Of a stretch of DNA of 36,363 nucleotides, positions 34,685 to 36,363 are shown piece by piece. The first letter of the stretch is position 1, and every line of letters starts with the position of its first letter. Source of the stretch: Octopus bimaculoides (taxonomy: Eukaryota); the NCBI RefSeq assembly GCF_001194135.2, contig NC_068999.1:23870979-23907341 (forward strand). The letters are read 5' to 3'. The notes beneath the pieces are model-generated. The model was not told where the DNA came from. It was given only the letters and a program-made list of their open reading frames with translations, and ran no database searches. The position numbers were made by a program, and so were the translations under genes.

Positions 34685-34960
34685 AAGCATCCAGCCCATA
34701 CTGTAAAGTGGTTGGCATTTGGAAGGGCGTCTACCTGTAAAAACCATGTCAAAACTGACCTCACCCATGCTAGTGCCATATAAAAAGTACTCAGTCCACT
34801 TTGCAGATTGGTTGGTGTCAGCAAAGGCATCCCGCCATAAAAAAAAACTTGCCAAAACAGACACAATAGCCTGGAGTAGTCTTCTACCTGGCTGGCTCCT
34901 ACTAACTTGTCCAACCCATGCCTGCATGGAAAGTGTACGTTAAATGATGATGACAATGAC
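34685..34960 (+). mobile_element. RTE/SINE-type tail with a tandemly duplicated module
   Basis: GGTTGGCATTTGGAAGGGCGTC and GGTTGGTGTCAGCAAAGGCATCC, then GGAAAGTGTACGTTAAATGATGATG. Confidence 0.7.
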
Positions 34961-35729
34961 ACAATGTATTTGAACATATACAGACTTTAACAATGTTCTG
35001 AATTTCTCATATTGTCAATAGAAGGATTATTGAAAAGAAAGGAGTGTTTCCATTAAGCAACCATACACATGTTTACTAATGTGCACATAATGATACATAC
35101 TCTCCTCTACAAATCCCTTCCCATTATCATACTATACAGCAACCAGATTTCTCAATTTACTACTACTGTTCTGCCCTTCCTGCATATGTATCCATCATTG
35201 TATGTGAACATATAAATCTTTTGGTATTCAAAAAATAGCGGTAGTCACCAAGTATATTGTATAAGTCCATTGGGTTCAGTAGGTTAATAGGTCTACATGG
35301 TCTGTTCAGGGCATGCACCTTGCATTCCACAGTAGAGTGTATTTTATTGTATGTAATCTGGGTTATTGTTCTGGGCATTGTACATTGTTGATAGGATGAT
35401 GTTTAGGATTTGGGTTCATGTTTTCCATTATTACAACTTGTTCCTAGCATTCTTACAATCTGGTATGCCATATAAATGTTCAGACAGGGCATATACATAT
35501 GGGGATAGGATAGGAAAGGGGCTCATGAATGGGTATGCAGTCAGAGAAGTACAGCTAAAGTGTTTTACTAAATCATATAATGTTTATGTGTGTCCATGTC
35601 TTTGTATATATATATATATATATATGCACAGGTGTTGATATGTATGTATATGTGTGTATATATGTATATGTGTATACATATATGTATGTATATGTGTATA
35701 CATATATGGATGTATATGTGTATACATAT

Positions 35730-36196
35730 CATCATCATCATCGTTTAACATCCGATTTCCATGCTAGCAAGGGTTGGACGATTTGACTGAGGACTGGTGA
35801 ACCGGATGGCTGCACCAGGCTCCAATCTGATCTAGCAGAGTTTCTACAGCTGGATGCCCTTCCTAACGCCAACCACTCCGAGAGTGTAGTGGTGCGTTTA
35901 CGTGCCACCGGCATTAGGGCCAGTCACGCAGTACTGGCAACAGCTACGCTCAACATGGTGTTTTTCACGTGCCACCGGCACAAGTGCCAGTAAGGCAATG
36001 CTGGTAACTATCACGCTCAAATGGTGCTATTTACAGGCCACTAGCACGGAAGCTTGACAGCTGCTCTGCCAATGATCATGCTCGGACAGTGCTGTTAGTG
36101 CTCCCCTGGCACAGGTGCCAGTCATTGACTATGGTTCAATTACGATTTCGATTTCACTTGCCCCAACAGGTCTTCGCAAGCAGAGTTTAGTGTCCA
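35730..36196 (-). mobile_element. 5'-truncated RTE LINE 3' UTR flanked by a 28-bp direct repeat
   Basis: Collinear with ~7950-8362. ATATATGGATGTATATGTGTATACATAT at 35702-29 and 36197-36224. Confidence 0.85.
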
Positions 36197-36363
36197 ATAT
36201 ATGGATGTATATGTGTATACATATATGGATGTATATATATATATATATATATATATAAGTGTATGGATGTATATGTGTATACATATATGGATGTATATAT
36301 ATATATATATATAAGTGTATATATGTGTGTGTGTATATATGTATATATGTGTGTATATATGTA

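Noticed and set aside
630-36363. Many ORF-track peptides rich in YIHT/VCMY/CVCV repeats or X runs
   Set aside because: They are translations of microsatellites or N gaps, not genes.

Overview
AT-rich, repeat-dominated eukaryotic DNA with four N gaps. The repeat complement (RTE LINE tails ending AACGATGATGATG, tRNA-derived SINEs ending GAAACAAGTAAAAGA, abundant (TA)n/(TATG)n) suggests a cephalopod, probably Octopus; this is inference from recalled repeat families, not a database hit. Most of 1-27 kb is nested mobile DNA: a Mag-like Ty3/gypsy element (- strand) interrupted by a SINE and an RTE LINE; a CsRn1-clade gypsy (+) with a CHCC gag knuckle and a G_GGA_AAC frameshift site; a short TG..AA LTR element with a CGTA target duplication; a DD41D Tc1/mariner element and DD37D/mariner remnants; an R4/Dong-like endonuclease fragment set in (TATG)n; a Penelope-like RT/GIY-YIG relic; two decayed hammerhead-like motifs; MITEs; SINEs. 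30-32.2 kb looks TE-poor and CpG-richer and holds candidate host exons and a possible bidirectional promoter. The most unusual signal is at 24307-24349, where the LTR element carries about 43 nt of tRNA-Trp (anticodon loop to CCA) between duplicated LTR-end/PBS units. No intact host gene could be identified.
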